64,000 nucleotides of DNA from an uncultured Acidobacteriota bacterium. GTDB lineage: Bacteria; Acidobacteriota; Vicinamibacteria; Vicinamibacterales; UBA8438. Location of the stretch: assembly GCA_913043225.1 (NCBI GenBank), contig CAJWLU010000017.1, forward strand, positions 1-64,000. The letters are read 5' to 3'. Made by a program: the position numbers and the translations under genes. The number at the start of each line of letters is the position of its first letter. Within the stretch, counting starts at the first letter, position 1. This document shows, piece by piece, positions 9,636-19,675 of the stretch. The notes below the pieces were generated by a model that had not been told where the DNA came from, ran no database searches, and saw only the letters and a program-made list of their open reading frames with translations.

Positions 9636-10669
9636 TGGTCACCTCCTGCTGCCTGCGGCGAGACACCGGTGAGCGGAGCCACCGCGGCGCGGGCGCCTCC
9701 GTCCAGGGAGAGCAACGGCAGTACCCCGGTGGCCCCCTCGGCAACGAACACCTTGCGTCCGACTGAGGGCAAGATCCGTTGCATCGTCTCGAGATATAGC
9801 CGGCGCCGGGTCACGTCCGGCGCCTGCCGGTAGGCGGCTTCGATCGCCGAGAACCGGGCGGCCTCGCCCTCGGCCCGGTTGATCCGGTCCACGGCGTAGC
9901 CGTCTGCTTGCAGTACGGTCTGCTCAGCCTCTCCGCGGGCTCGCGGGATGACAGAGTTGTACTCGGCCAGCGCCTCGTTGATCAGGCGGTCGCGCTGCTG
10001 TTGCGCCTGGCTGACCTCGTCCCACGACGGCTTGACCGGGTCGGGCGGGTTTACGTCCTGGAGGACTACCTGGTCGATAGTGATGCCCATCTGATACTGA
10101 TCCGCCAACGTCTGAAGACGATCTTCGACCGCGCCTTCGATGTCCTGGCGTCCGACCGTGACCACTTCCGTGACGGTGCGGTCACCGACGGTCTCGCGCA
10201 TGACCGCTTCATTCATCGCCCGGAAGGTGTCGTCGAGATTCCGCACCTGGAACAGGAACTTGTAGGGATCGGCAACACGGTATTGCACGATCCACTCGAC
10301 GACGGCAACGTTGAGGTCGCCGGTCAGCATGACCGACTCGTCGGCGAGTTGCCGCTCCTGGGCTGCATAATCGGTGCGCACCCCGGCGTCCATCGTCCGG
10401 AAGCCGAACTCATGCTTCAGCTGCCGCTGGACCGGCACCCGCATGACCTCCTCCACGACCGGAATCTTGGCGTGCAGGCCGGGATCGCTGGTCCGGACGT
10501 AGCGGCCAAACCGCAGCACGACGCCTACCTCCTCGGGCTGCACCTGATACAGAGCGCCGGCCACCGCCGCGAGGCCCACCAGGGCAAGGACGCCGCCGAC
10601 CATCACGCGCCAGGGGATCTTCGGCACCCTGAGCTTGTTCACGTCGACCACGCGAAATTTGTCATCCAT
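9632..10669 (-). CDS. hflK: FtsH protease activity modulator HflK
   Basis: GVVLRFG, MLTGDLN, QDVNPP and APDVTRRRLYLETM. Confidence 0.93.
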   Translation of the reverse strand: MDDKFRVVDVNKLRVPKIPWRVMVGGVLALVGLAAVAGALYQVQPEEVGVVLRFGRYVRTSDPGLHAKIPVVEEVMRVPVQRQLKHEFGFRTMDAGVRTDYAAQERQLADESVMLTGDLNVAVVEWIVQYRVADPYKFLFQVRNLDDTFRAMNEAVMRETVGDRTVTEVVTVGRQDIEGAVEDRLQTLADQYQMGITIDQVVLQDVNPPDPVKPSWDEVSQAQQQRDRLINEALAEYNSVIPRARGEAEQTVLQADGYAVDRINRAEGEAARFSAIEAAYRQAPDVTRRRLYLETMQRILPSVGRKVFVAEGATGVLPLLSLDGGARAAVAPLTGVSPQAAGGDQ

Positions 10670-11034
10670 GACTGCTCCTCGAAAATGCCCCGAGTCGATC
10701 TCGACCCGCGACCGCTGGTTGCTTGTTCCACTCTACCTCGGAGCTTGGAAGGGGTGAAGCTACCGTGGTCGTTAAGGTGTGTTCTCTCCGGTGCTACGTC
10801 GGACCGCCAGAGAAGATTCGATCGTATCCAGGCGCCGAGACGGGGAGAGTAGCGGAGAGTCCGCGCTGTCGGGAGGTGCTAACGCTTGGTGAACGATTCC
10901 CTGTCGCGAATGGTTTCAGGGGCGCGGTCGGCCTGCTGCAACGGCTGGGGCATTCGGGTGTAAGTGCGCTGACGTCATATAGTCGAGTGAGGTCTTCACC
11001 GGAGAGCGTGACTTCGCCCGAGACGGGCAGTAGC

Positions 11035-11736
11035 TCAGCGCTCGGCCCACTGGGCCTTAACCCACTCTCCGCCCCGGGTGAGCGGACCGGGGCTCATGCG
11101 GAAGTGGCCCACGCCATCGAGCGGCAGGAACTCCACCGTCTGATTCCGCGTCCCCATCTCCTCAGCCAGCTGTGCTGCCGGTTCGAACGGCACAACCTCG
11201 TCGTCGCGAGCGTGAATGATGAACACCGGCATGTCGCCGACCTGCTCGGCCGCGTCGCTGTTCGCTCGCGCCGCCATCGGAATGGCCGCCGTGAAGAGGT
11301 CCGGGTGTCGGCTGGCCATGTACCAGGTGCCGGCTCCGCCCATGCTGAACCCCGTCACCAAGATCTGTTTCCGGTCGACCGCGTAGTTCGCGAGTACCCA
11401 GTCGAGCAAGGCCATTACACCCTTCTCGCTGTTCTCGTTCGTCCAGCGTTGGTCGGGTACGTCGGGAGCCACGATGATGGCGCCCCAGTCCTGGAGACCG
11501 GGCGCTGCCATGCTGCGGAGGAATTGCATGCCGTAGCCGGGACCTGGGGAGCCGCCCGGGTGGAGCGCTAGGATCAGCGGCACCTCCGCCGACTCGTCGT
11601 AGTCACGCGGTACCCAGAAGCCGTAGGTGACTTCACCGACGCCCTCGATGTCCATCATCCGATTGTGCAGGCCCGCGCCGGGTGGCGCCTGGAGCAGGGT
11701 ACCGAGTAGGGCGGTCGTTAGCAGCCAGCGCATCAC
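11035..11736 (-). CDS. Secreted alpha/beta hydrolase (esterase/peptidase)
   Basis: GFSMGG nucleophile elbow, H..DDEVVP and GVGH. Confidence 0.85.
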   Translation of the reverse strand: MMRWLLTTALLGTLLQAPPGAGLHNRMMDIEGVGEVTYGFWVPRDYDESAEVPLILALHPGGSPGPGYGMQFLRSMAAPGLQDWGAIIVAPDVPDQRWTNENSEKGVMALLDWVLANYAVDRKQILVTGFSMGGAGTWYMASRHPDLFTAAIPMAARANSDAAEQVGDMPVFIIHARDDEVVPFEPAAQLAEEMGTRNQTVEFLPLDGVGHFRMSPGPLTRGGEWVKAQWAER

Positions 11737-11802
11737 ACGATCTCCTCAGTTTTTGGGTTGCCGCCGCTAGGGCCGATGAGCGGTCATTATAATCGTTGGG
11801 AG

Positions 11803-13377
11803 ATGTCGGTCCGCACTCGCTTCGCCCCCAGTCCCACGGGTTATCTCCATATCGGCGGCGTTCGCACGGCGCTGTTTAACTGGTTGTTCGCTCGCCACCA
11901 TGGAGGCCAGTTCCTGCTCCGTATCGACGATACCGATGCCGATCGCAATGTCGCCGAGGCGCTGCAGCCGATCCTCGACGGGTTCCGCTGGCTCGGGCTT
12001 CAGTGGGACGAAGGCCCGGAGGTCGATGGACCCCATGCGCCCTACTACCAGTCGCGCCGAGGCGAGCGTTACCAGCAGGCGGTGGCGCGGTTACTCGAGA
12101 CAGGCGCCGCGTATCGTGACTACGCTACGGCGGAGGAGGTGCAGGCTGAGCGGGAGCAGGCGCAACAGGAAAAGCGTCGCTTTCTCTACAGCCGGCGCTG
12201 GATGGCCGGGACCGACGTGCAGGCTGCCGCATTCGAGGCCGAGGGGCGCCGCGCGGTCGTCCGGCTGAAGATGCCGCGCGGCGGCGTTTGCCAGTTCGAT
12301 GATCTGATCCGGGGGCCGGTGGAGTTCGAGTGGGCCCTAGAGCAGGACCATGTCGTGCAGCGGGCCGACGGCTCACCGCTGTATCACCTGGCCAGCTCCG
12401 TCGACGACCACGACTTCGAGATCACTCACGTCATCCGGGCCGTCGAGCATTTGTCGAACACGCCCAGGCAGATCTTTATCACCGAGGCGCTGGGCTACAC
12501 CCTGCCCCGGTTCGCACATCTGCCCTACGTTGCCGCGCCAGGAAGCAAGGAAAAGCTCAGTAAGCGGAAGCTCGACAAGTATCTCCAACATCACGAGTTC
12601 AAGAGGCTCCATGAGCAGGGCGCGGCGATCGCGACCGCTCTCGGGCTCGACGTTCGTCCCGAGACCTTCAGTCCGGTCGTCGTCGATTTCTACCGCCAAG
12701 TAGGGTACGACCCAGAGACGCTGGTCAACTACTTGCTCCTCCTGGGCTGGTCGCTCGATGACCACACCGAGACCTTCACGCGCGACGAGATGGTGCGGTC
12801 CTTCACGCTGGAGCGGGTGAATCGGGCCGAGGCGAGTTTCGACCCGCAGAAGCTGCTGGCGTTTCAGGAACGGCGGATGCAGGCGCTCGGCGTGGATCAG
12901 CGGGTCGATCGGGTGCTGCCGTTTCTCGAACAGGCGGGCTTGGTCTCCACCCCGGTCTGCGATACCGCGCGTGCCCGAACGCGAAGCGTAGTGGCGGCGG
13001 CTGGCGACCGACTGAAGGTTGCCGGTGACATCCTGGACTATCCGGAGTTCTTCCTGGACGATAACACCTTTGAATACGACCAGAAGGCGTTCGCCAAACG
13101 GCTAGGCAAAGAGGGAGCGGTGCCGCGGTTGGCACGGTTTCGGGATCGTCTTCGTGAGCTGCCGACATTTGGCGCAGCCGATCTGGAGCAGGCGCTCCAC
13201 GCGTTCGTCGAGGCCGAGGGCATCAAGATCGGTCAGATCATCCACGCGGTGCGGGTGGCGGTCACCGGCAAGGCGGTCGGTTTCGGGCTCTTCGAGGGAC
13301 TAGCCATCCTGGGGCGGGAAGCTTGCCTCCGGCGGATCGACCGGGCGCTCACCCAGACGAGCGCGACCGAGTCCTAG
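11803..13377 (+). CDS. gltX: Glutamate--tRNA ligase
   Basis: RTRFAPSPTGYLHIGG, ITHVIRA.EH and KLSKR; C-terminal anticodon-binding domain. Start at ATG 11803. Confidence 0.96.
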   Translation: MSVRTRFAPSPTGYLHIGGVRTALFNWLFARHHGGQFLLRIDDTDADRNVAEALQPILDGFRWLGLQWDEGPEVDGPHAPYYQSRRGERYQQAVARLLETGAAYRDYATAEEVQAEREQAQQEKRRFLYSRRWMAGTDVQAAAFEAEGRRAVVRLKMPRGGVCQFDDLIRGPVEFEWALEQDHVVQRADGSPLYHLASSVDDHDFEITHVIRAVEHLSNTPRQIFITEALGYTLPRFAHLPYVAAPGSKEKLSKRKLDKYLQHHEFKRLHEQGAAIATALGLDVRPETFSPVVVDFYRQVGYDPETLVNYLLLLGWSLDDHTETFTRDEMVRSFTLERVNRAEASFDPQKLLAFQERRMQALGVDQRVDRVLPFLEQAGLVSTPVCDTARARTRSVVAAAGDRLKVAGDILDYPEFFLDDNTFEYDQKAFAKRLGKEGAVPRLARFRDRLRELPTFGAADLEQALHAFVEAEGIKIGQIIHAVRVAVTGKAVGFGLFEGLAILGREACLRRIDRALTQTSATES

Positions 13378-13386
13378 GTACGATTC

Positions 13387-15120
13387 ATGAGTAACGAGAG
13401 AACACCTGAGACCGAATCTCCTGAGGCGCCGTCCGCCAGCGGGCTGGACTTCATCCGGCAGATCGTCGTCGAGGACCAGCAGAGCGGGAAGCACGACGGC
13501 CGGGTGCAAACCCGGTTCCCTCCAGAGCCGAACGGCTACCTGCACATCGGTCACGCCAAATCGATCTGCCTCAACTTCGGCCTGGCGGTCGAACATGGTG
13601 GGCTCTGCAACCTCCGGATGGACGATACGAACCCGACCACCGAGAGCGAGGAGTATGCCCGCGCCATCGAAGAGGACGTGAGATGGCTAGGCTTCGACTG
13701 GAGCGATCGGTTCTACTACGCTTCGGACTACTTTGAGCAGCTGCACGAGTACGCGCTGCAGCTCATCCGCGAGGGGAAGGCATATGTGTGTGACCTTCGC
13801 GGCAAGGAGGTCAGCGAGTATCGGGGACTCTGGAACGAGCCAGGACGGGACAGTCCCTACCGCAATCGGTCGATCGAGGAGAACCTAGACCTGTTCACAC
13901 GCATGCGGGTGGGCGAGTTCGAAGACGGCTCGCGCACCCTGCGGGCGAAGATCGACATGGCATCGCCGAACATGAACCTCCGCGACCCGGCGATTTATCG
14001 GATCCGCCGGGTGCCGCACTACCGGAGCGGCGACGACTGGTGCATCTACCCGATGTACGACTTCACCCATCCCCTATCTGATGCGTTGGAGGACATTACC
14101 CACTCGCTTTGCACACTCGAATTCGAGGATCACCGACCGCTCTACGACTGGTTTCTTGAACACGTCGACGTGCCGTCTCGTCCTCGCCAGATCGAGTTCG
14201 CGCGACTGAACCTCAGCTACACGGTCTTGAGCAAACGCAAGCTCCTAGAGCTGGTCGGGGAGGGGCATGTGTCGGGCTGGGACGATCCACGGATGCCGAC
14301 GCTGGTAGGATTCCGCCGCCGCGGTTACACGCCGGAGGCGATCCGAGACTTTTGCGACCGGATCGGTATCGCCAAGGCGAACAGCATCGTGTCCATCGCG
14401 CAGCTGCAGGATGCGGTGCGGCAGGATCTCAACCAGCGTGCGCCTCGTGTGATGGGCGTGCTCAGGCCTCTGAAGGTGGTGATCGAGAACTACCCGGAAG
14501 GACAGGTCGAAGAGGTCGAGGCGGTCAACAACCCAGAGGATGAGTCGGCTGGCACTCGGCCTCTGCCGTTCTCACGCGAGCTGTATGTCGAACGCACTGA
14601 CTTTCGTGAGGACCCGCCGAAAAAGTACTTCCGGTTGGCCCCGGAGCGAGAGGTGCGACTGCGCTACGCCTACTTCATCACCTGCCGCGAGGTCATCAAG
14701 GACCCGGAGACGGGAGAGGTGGTCGAGCTTCGGTGCACGTACGACCCTGAGACCCGAGGTGGGTACGCGCCTGACGGTCGCAAGGTGCGCGGCACGATTC
14801 ACTGGGTGTCGGCATCTCATGCAGTGGAGGCCGAGGTGAGGCTCTACGACCACCTGTTCTCGAAGATTAATCCCGAGGATGTGAATGAGGGAGGCAGTTA
14901 CAGAGACGCACTGAACCCCGAGTCACTTGAGACCTTGGCCGGATGCCGGGTGGAGCCGAGCTTCGCCCGAGCACAGCCCGGGCATCGGGTGCAGTTCGAG
15001 CGTCAGGGGTACTTCTGTGTGGATACTGACACGAGCGCCGACCGGCTCGTCGTGAACCGCACCGTCACCTTGCGCGACACTTGGGCCAAGATCGAGAAAG
15101 CGGAAGAACGGTCGAAGTAA
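13387..15120 (+). CDS. glnS: Glutamine--tRNA ligase
   Basis: [47 protein letters not shown] and QFERQGYF. Confidence 0.97.
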   Translation: MSNERTPETESPEAPSASGLDFIRQIVVEDQQSGKHDGRVQTRFPPEPNGYLHIGHAKSICLNFGLAVEHGGLCNLRMDDTNPTTESEEYARAIEEDVRWLGFDWSDRFYYASDYFEQLHEYALQLIREGKAYVCDLRGKEVSEYRGLWNEPGRDSPYRNRSIEENLDLFTRMRVGEFEDGSRTLRAKIDMASPNMNLRDPAIYRIRRVPHYRSGDDWCIYPMYDFTHPLSDALEDITHSLCTLEFEDHRPLYDWFLEHVDVPSRPRQIEFARLNLSYTVLSKRKLLELVGEGHVSGWDDPRMPTLVGFRRRGYTPEAIRDFCDRIGIAKANSIVSIAQLQDAVRQDLNQRAPRVMGVLRPLKVVIENYPEGQVEEVEAVNNPEDESAGTRPLPFSRELYVERTDFREDPPKKYFRLAPEREVRLRYAYFITCREVIKDPETGEVVELRCTYDPETRGGYAPDGRKVRGTIHWVSASHAVEAEVRLYDHLFSKINPEDVNEGGSYRDALNPESLETLAGCRVEPSFARAQPGHRVQFERQGYFCVDTDTSADRLVVNRTVTLRDTWAKIEKAEERSK

Positions 15121-15831
15121 TTACTGCTCCGCATTCGTGGTTTTCGGAGCCTCTTCGGACAGCAACGTCTGCCAGGTGCTGACGGCGTCGGCGCTATGCG
15201 GGATCGCCGGCTCCTCTTCCAGCACGAGCTGTCCAGAACCGTACGGATACCCGTAGAAACGCTCGTTCGCGTTCCGGTCGGCCGTGATCGTCGACCCCTT
15301 CAACGTAATGCCGGCGAACAGGCCGCGGGTCCGCGAGTAGCTCAGGATCTCGGCCCGGAGATGTAGGTCGGTCGTTGCCTCAGCGTCCCGGCCGATCGGA
15401 CCGACCACGGCCGACGCATCTCCACCGAACTTGAACTCGTTCTGGAGCAGTTTCTCCAGTCCCAGACGGTTCATGATCACGAGTACGAGATCTACGGACT
15501 GCCCGCCAATCTGGAGACCGAAGCTTCCGCCGGTCAGGCTCAGGAATGCCGGTTGCGACCAGCTTCCATCGGGGGTACGGGCACTGATCACGCCCTTGCC
15601 ACGATGACCGCCGAAGATGAAGCCGGCTTTCACGGTATTCGGGATGATGGCTATCGCTTCGGCGCGCTCGAGGATGGTGCGAGGTACGGAGTTGTCCGGA
15701 GCATCCATGATCTCCAAGAAGACGGTGGTAGCGGACTCGAGCCGTTCCAGTTCGTCCTGTTGGGCGCCGGCGAGACCGGTTCCAAGGTGTAGAACTAACA
15801 ACATGATCGAGACGCGGAAAGAAGTAGACAT
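15121..15831 (-). CDS. Lipid-binding SYLF/Ysc84 domain protein, exported
   Basis: KAGFIFGG..GKG, GGSFGLQIG and SYSRTRGLFAG. Confidence 0.92.
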   Translation of the reverse strand: MSTSFRVSIMLLVLHLGTGLAGAQQDELERLESATTVFLEIMDAPDNSVPRTILERAEAIAIIPNTVKAGFIFGGHRGKGVISARTPDGSWSQPAFLSLTGGSFGLQIGGQSVDLVLVIMNRLGLEKLLQNEFKFGGDASAVVGPIGRDAEATTDLHLRAEILSYSRTRGLFAGITLKGSTITADRNANERFYGYPYGSGQLVLEEEPAIPHSADAVSTWQTLLSEEAPKTTNAEQ

Positions 15832-16125
15832 GAGGACCTTCTTGTAGGGGTGTGGCGCTGGCAGGTCGCTTCAACCCAGTATAGGTCGGGCGGTCCCGAA
15901 GGAATAGACGACGTCGGTCCACCGGCGGTTTAATCCGGTAACGAGAACGCAACGTAGGCGTCGCTCGATGGGGTGCCGAGTTTCCCGTCTCCGGCCGCGA
16001 CGAGAACCGTTCTGCGGAAGAAAGCTGCCTTAAGCCGGTGGCGATCATACCGCGAGGCCTCAAGTACAATCGGCGGCCAGGCAGCCAATCGCGGTGCCCA
16101 TTGTGAGCCAAGGAGTCGTGTCCAG

Positions 16126-17160
16126 ATGTCAGCCACCAACCGCCAGATTCTCTTGAACGCCCATCCGGTCGGGTTCCCGGTCGAGACCGACCTCAAGGTT
16201 GTGGACACCCCGGTCCCAGAGCCTGGTGGGGGAGAGATCCTCGTCCGCACCATCTACCTCTCACTCGATCCCTACATGCGAGGTCGGATGAACCCGGGCC
16301 CCTCCTACGCGAAGGGCGTCGATCTGGGTGAGGTGATGGGGGCGCAGACCGTCGGGCAGGTCGTGACCTCGCGACACCCCAAGTTCTCCGAAGGAGACAT
16401 CGTGCTTTCGTTCGGCGGGTGGCAGCAGTACTCGGTCTCCGACGGCAAGGGGGTTCAGACGCTCGACCCGGGTCTCGCTCCTATCTCCACCGCTGTGGGG
16501 GTCTTGGGTATGCCGGGCATGACCGCCTACGTCGGGCTCCTCGACGTCGGGGAACTGAAGGAAGGCGACAACGTCGTGGTGTCGGCTGCGTCAGGTGCGG
16601 TCGGCGCGGTCGTCGGACAGATCGCCCGTATCAAAGGGTGTCGCGTCGTCGGGGTTGCGGGGGCGAAGAAGAAGTGCGATTACGTAACCGGCGAGCTTGG
16701 TTTCGACGCCTGCGTCAGCCACTACAGCGAGACCTTCCCGCAAGACCTCAACGCGGCGTGCCCCGAGGGCATCGACGTGTACTTCGAAAATGTCGGGGGT
16801 AAGGTGTTCGATGCGGTCGTGCCGTTGCTGAATGACTTCGCCCGGGTGCCGGTGTGCGGGCGGATCGCTAACTACAACATGACCGAGCCGCCGCCGGGGC
16901 CGAATGAGGTCCCCCGCCTGATGGGCATGATTCTCGTTCGGCGTCTGATGATCCGAGGGTTCATCGTGTATGACCGGGCGCATCGTCAGGCCGACTTCCT
17001 GCGCGACGTCGGCGGCTGGATCCGATCGGGCGAGCTCAAGTATCGCGAAGACATCGTCGACGGGATCGAGAATGCTATCGGCGCGTTTCAAGGACTCCTG
17101 CGCGGCGAGAACTTTGGCAAGCTCCTGATCCGGGTCTCGGACGATCCCACCCAACCATAG
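16126..17160 (+). CDS. NADP-dependent oxidoreductase (CurA/YncB, PTGR family)
   Basis: YLSLDPYMRGRM, LGMPGMTAY, VSAASGAVG, YFENVGG and GENFGKL. Start at ATG 16126. Confidence 0.92.
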   Translation: MSATNRQILLNAHPVGFPVETDLKVVDTPVPEPGGGEILVRTIYLSLDPYMRGRMNPGPSYAKGVDLGEVMGAQTVGQVVTSRHPKFSEGDIVLSFGGWQQYSVSDGKGVQTLDPGLAPISTAVGVLGMPGMTAYVGLLDVGELKEGDNVVVSAASGAVGAVVGQIARIKGCRVVGVAGAKKKCDYVTGELGFDACVSHYSETFPQDLNAACPEGIDVYFENVGGKVFDAVVPLLNDFARVPVCGRIANYNMTEPPPGPNEVPRLMGMILVRRLMIRGFIVYDRAHRQADFLRDVGGWIRSGELKYREDIVDGIENAIGAFQGLLRGENFGKLLIRVSDDPTQP

Positions 17161-17165
17161 ACCAC

Positions 17166-18533
17166 ATGGGGTCTCGCGAAATCTCACGGTTTCCGAATGC
17201 GCTGGTCCTGATCTTTGGTCTGATCGTCGCTGCCCAGCTGGCAACCTACCTGCTGCCGGCCGGGGTCTTCGAGCGCGATGGGCGACAGGTCATAGAAGGC
17301 ACTTACCGCACGGTGGAGGTGGCTCCGCTACCGGCCTTCACTTTCCTGACTGCGATTCCCACCGGGTTGGCCGAGGCGGCCGACATTATCTTCTTTGTCC
17401 TGATTGTGGGCGGCGTCTTCGGCGTGCTCCGAGCTACCGGTGCCGTCGACGCGCTCATTGGCCTCGCAATCCGGCGTCTGGGAGACAGGCCGACGTTGCT
17501 GATCGGAGGCATGGTCACGTTGTTCGCGTTCGGCTCATCGACCGTCGGCATGGCCGAAGAGTACATGCCGTTCGTGCCCCTCCTGGTCACCATGTGTCTG
17601 GCGCTGCGGATGGACGCGGTGGTCGGGCTGGGCATCATCTACGTGGGTGCCGCGGTCGGGTACGGCTGCGCCGCGTTCAATCCCTTCACGGTCCTGATCG
17701 CCCAGAGTATCGCCGGCGTGGAGCTGACCTCGGGTCAGGGGGTACGGTGGCTAGCGCTGGCGGCATGCCTGGTGGTCGGTGTGCATCACCTGCTGCGCTA
17801 CGCGCGCCGGGTGCAGGCCGATCCCGAGCAGAGTCTGGTGCGCGACGTCTCGTATGCGCAGGGGTTCGAGTTGCCCGACGACGTCGAGTTGACCCGTGCC
17901 CGGCTCCTGGTGGTGCTCGTCTTCTCCGCCGGAGTGCTGCTCTTCGTCTACGGCGTCGTCTCGCACGGGTGGTATCTGACCGAGCTTACGGCCGTCTTCT
18001 TAGGTCTGGCCCTGCTGGTGGCGGTCGTGGCCAGACTGACACCCAACCGGGTGGCGTCCGCGTTCGCGTTAGGTACGGCCGAGTTGACCTCGACGGCCCT
18101 GATTATCGGGTTTGCCAGGACGATCCAGGTCGTGTTGACCGAGGGGCAGGTCATCGACACGGTGATCAACGCCCTCGCCAACCCGCTTCAGGGCTCCCCG
18201 GGTGGCGTGGCCGCTGTCGGAATGCTCGCTGTGCAAGCCCTGTGCAACGTGTTCATTCCGTCCGGCTCGGGACAGGCCTACGTCACGATGCCATTGATGG
18301 CGCCCATCGCCGATCTGACCGGCGTGAGCCGGCAGACGGCCGTGCTCGCCTACCAGTTCGGTGACGGCTTCACCAACATGGTGGTGCCCACCAACGCGCT
18401 TTTGATGGGAATGCTGGCGCTGGCCCGGATTCCGTATCCGCAGTGGGTGCGGTTTGTTGCTCCGCTGCTGGTCAAGCTATTCGCGGTGGCCGTGATGGCG
18501 CTCTTGATTGCGGCAGGTATGGGCTACGCTTGA
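17166..18533 (+). CDS. YfcC family transporter
   Basis: Multi-TM; GMAEE, NPFTV.IAQ.IAG, PSGSGQA and AYQFGDGFTN. Confidence 0.9.
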   Translation: MGSREISRFPNALVLIFGLIVAAQLATYLLPAGVFERDGRQVIEGTYRTVEVAPLPAFTFLTAIPTGLAEAADIIFFVLIVGGVFGVLRATGAVDALIGLAIRRLGDRPTLLIGGMVTLFAFGSSTVGMAEEYMPFVPLLVTMCLALRMDAVVGLGIIYVGAAVGYGCAAFNPFTVLIAQSIAGVELTSGQGVRWLALAACLVVGVHHLLRYARRVQADPEQSLVRDVSYAQGFELPDDVELTRARLLVVLVFSAGVLLFVYGVVSHGWYLTELTAVFLGLALLVAVVARLTPNRVASAFALGTAELTSTALIIGFARTIQVVLTEGQVIDTVINALANPLQGSPGGVAAVGMLAVQALCNVFIPSGSGQAYVTMPLMAPIADLTGVSRQTAVLAYQFGDGFTNMVVPTNALLMGMLALARIPYPQWVRFVAPLLVKLFAVAVMALLIAAGMGYA

Positions 18534-18714
18534 GTGGTGTTCTGTTCGCGGATCGGTTCTCCGTCTTCGATGACTGTCCACGAATCGCCATCGTTCCGAC
18601 AGATCTCGGCCCTGTAGACATCGCCTGGTGCCGTCGCAGAGGTTCGACCACTTGCGCCTTCGCGCTGCGGGTCCGGGCCCATTACAATGCGGGGTGAGAC
18701 GTGAGGGAGAGCGA

Positions 18715-19545
18715 GTGAGGACGCGACTAATCTTCGGCGGGCTCGCGCTCGTGGCCATCGGGCTGGCCGCGTGCGGCGGTGCGGTGAGCGAGACAGGTGG
18801 CGGTGACGGCGGGCCCGCGCCGGTCTTTGATGAGTCATCGCGACCGCCGACTATCCAGCTGGTGGCCGATCCCGTCACCATGCCCTCGCTGACGATGCAG
18901 GATCTCGATGGCCGGCTCATCACCACCGAGGACCTCAAGGGTAAGGTCACCATCGTCAATTTCTGGGCCACTTGGTGCGGCCCGTGCCGGGCGGAGATTC
19001 CGGACTTGATCAAGTTGCAGGACCGCTACCCTGACCAACTGCTGGTCATTGGGGTCTCGACCGATGAGGGTGGCGTGGCCATCGTCGAGGACTTCGCGAC
19101 GGAGTACGGGATCAACTATCCGGTGGTCATGGCCACGCCTGAGCTCCGCCGCGCCTTCCCCGGGGTGAGGGCACTGCCGACCTCGTTTGTCGTCGACCCC
19201 GACGGACGGGTCGTCCAGACTCACGTCGGCCTTATCAACCCTGGCATCTTCGAGCAGGAGACCCGTTTCCTCACAGCCCTGGATACGAGGATCACGGTCG
19301 ATCTGGTCGAAGAAGACCATCTCGGCCGTCTCGTCGATGCGGCCCACGCCACTGAGATTCCGGGGCTCGATCTGAGCGGGCTGACGGCGAAGCAGCGGGA
19401 AACCTCGCTTCAGCGCCTGAACGAGGACATGTGCAACTGCGGGTGTGGCCTGACGCTGGCGCAGTGTCGCATCAACGATCCCTCTTGTGGCTTCAGCCTC
19501 CCGCTGGCCGAAGAATTGGTCGAGTCGATCGTCAACGCGAACTAG
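18715..19545 (+). CDS. TlpA/ResA-type thioredoxin lipoprotein with a C-terminal Cys-rich domain
   Basis: Lipobox LAAC; NFWATWCGPCRAEIP and LPTSF; C-terminal CNCGC...QC......C. GTG start 18715 after a GAGGGAG RBS. Confidence 0.88.
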   Translation: MRTRLIFGGLALVAIGLAACGGAVSETGGGDGGPAPVFDESSRPPTIQLVADPVTMPSLTMQDLDGRLITTEDLKGKVTIVNFWATWCGPCRAEIPDLIKLQDRYPDQLLVIGVSTDEGGVAIVEDFATEYGINYPVVMATPELRRAFPGVRALPTSFVVDPDGRVVQTHVGLINPGIFEQETRFLTALDTRITVDLVEEDHLGRLVDAAHATEIPGLDLSGLTAKQRETSLQRLNEDMCNCGCGLTLAQCRINDPSCGFSLPLAEELVESIVNAN

Positions 19546-19675
19546 TGCTTTCGTGGGGCCTCGCCCCAAAGGGTAGTCCCAGTCCTTCCCGTGGGACTGC
19601 TAAACAGTTCCGCCGGGCAACTGCGGAACTGTCCCCACCTGTGGCACTGCCTGGGCCTGCCATCTTTGGGCGGGC

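Noticed and set aside
10775..10810. nhaA-I (Li+) riboswitch-like string GGTG...GTCGGACCGCCAG
   Set aside because: It is on the strand opposite hflK with no downstream gene, and has several mismatches. It would need a cmsearch hit.
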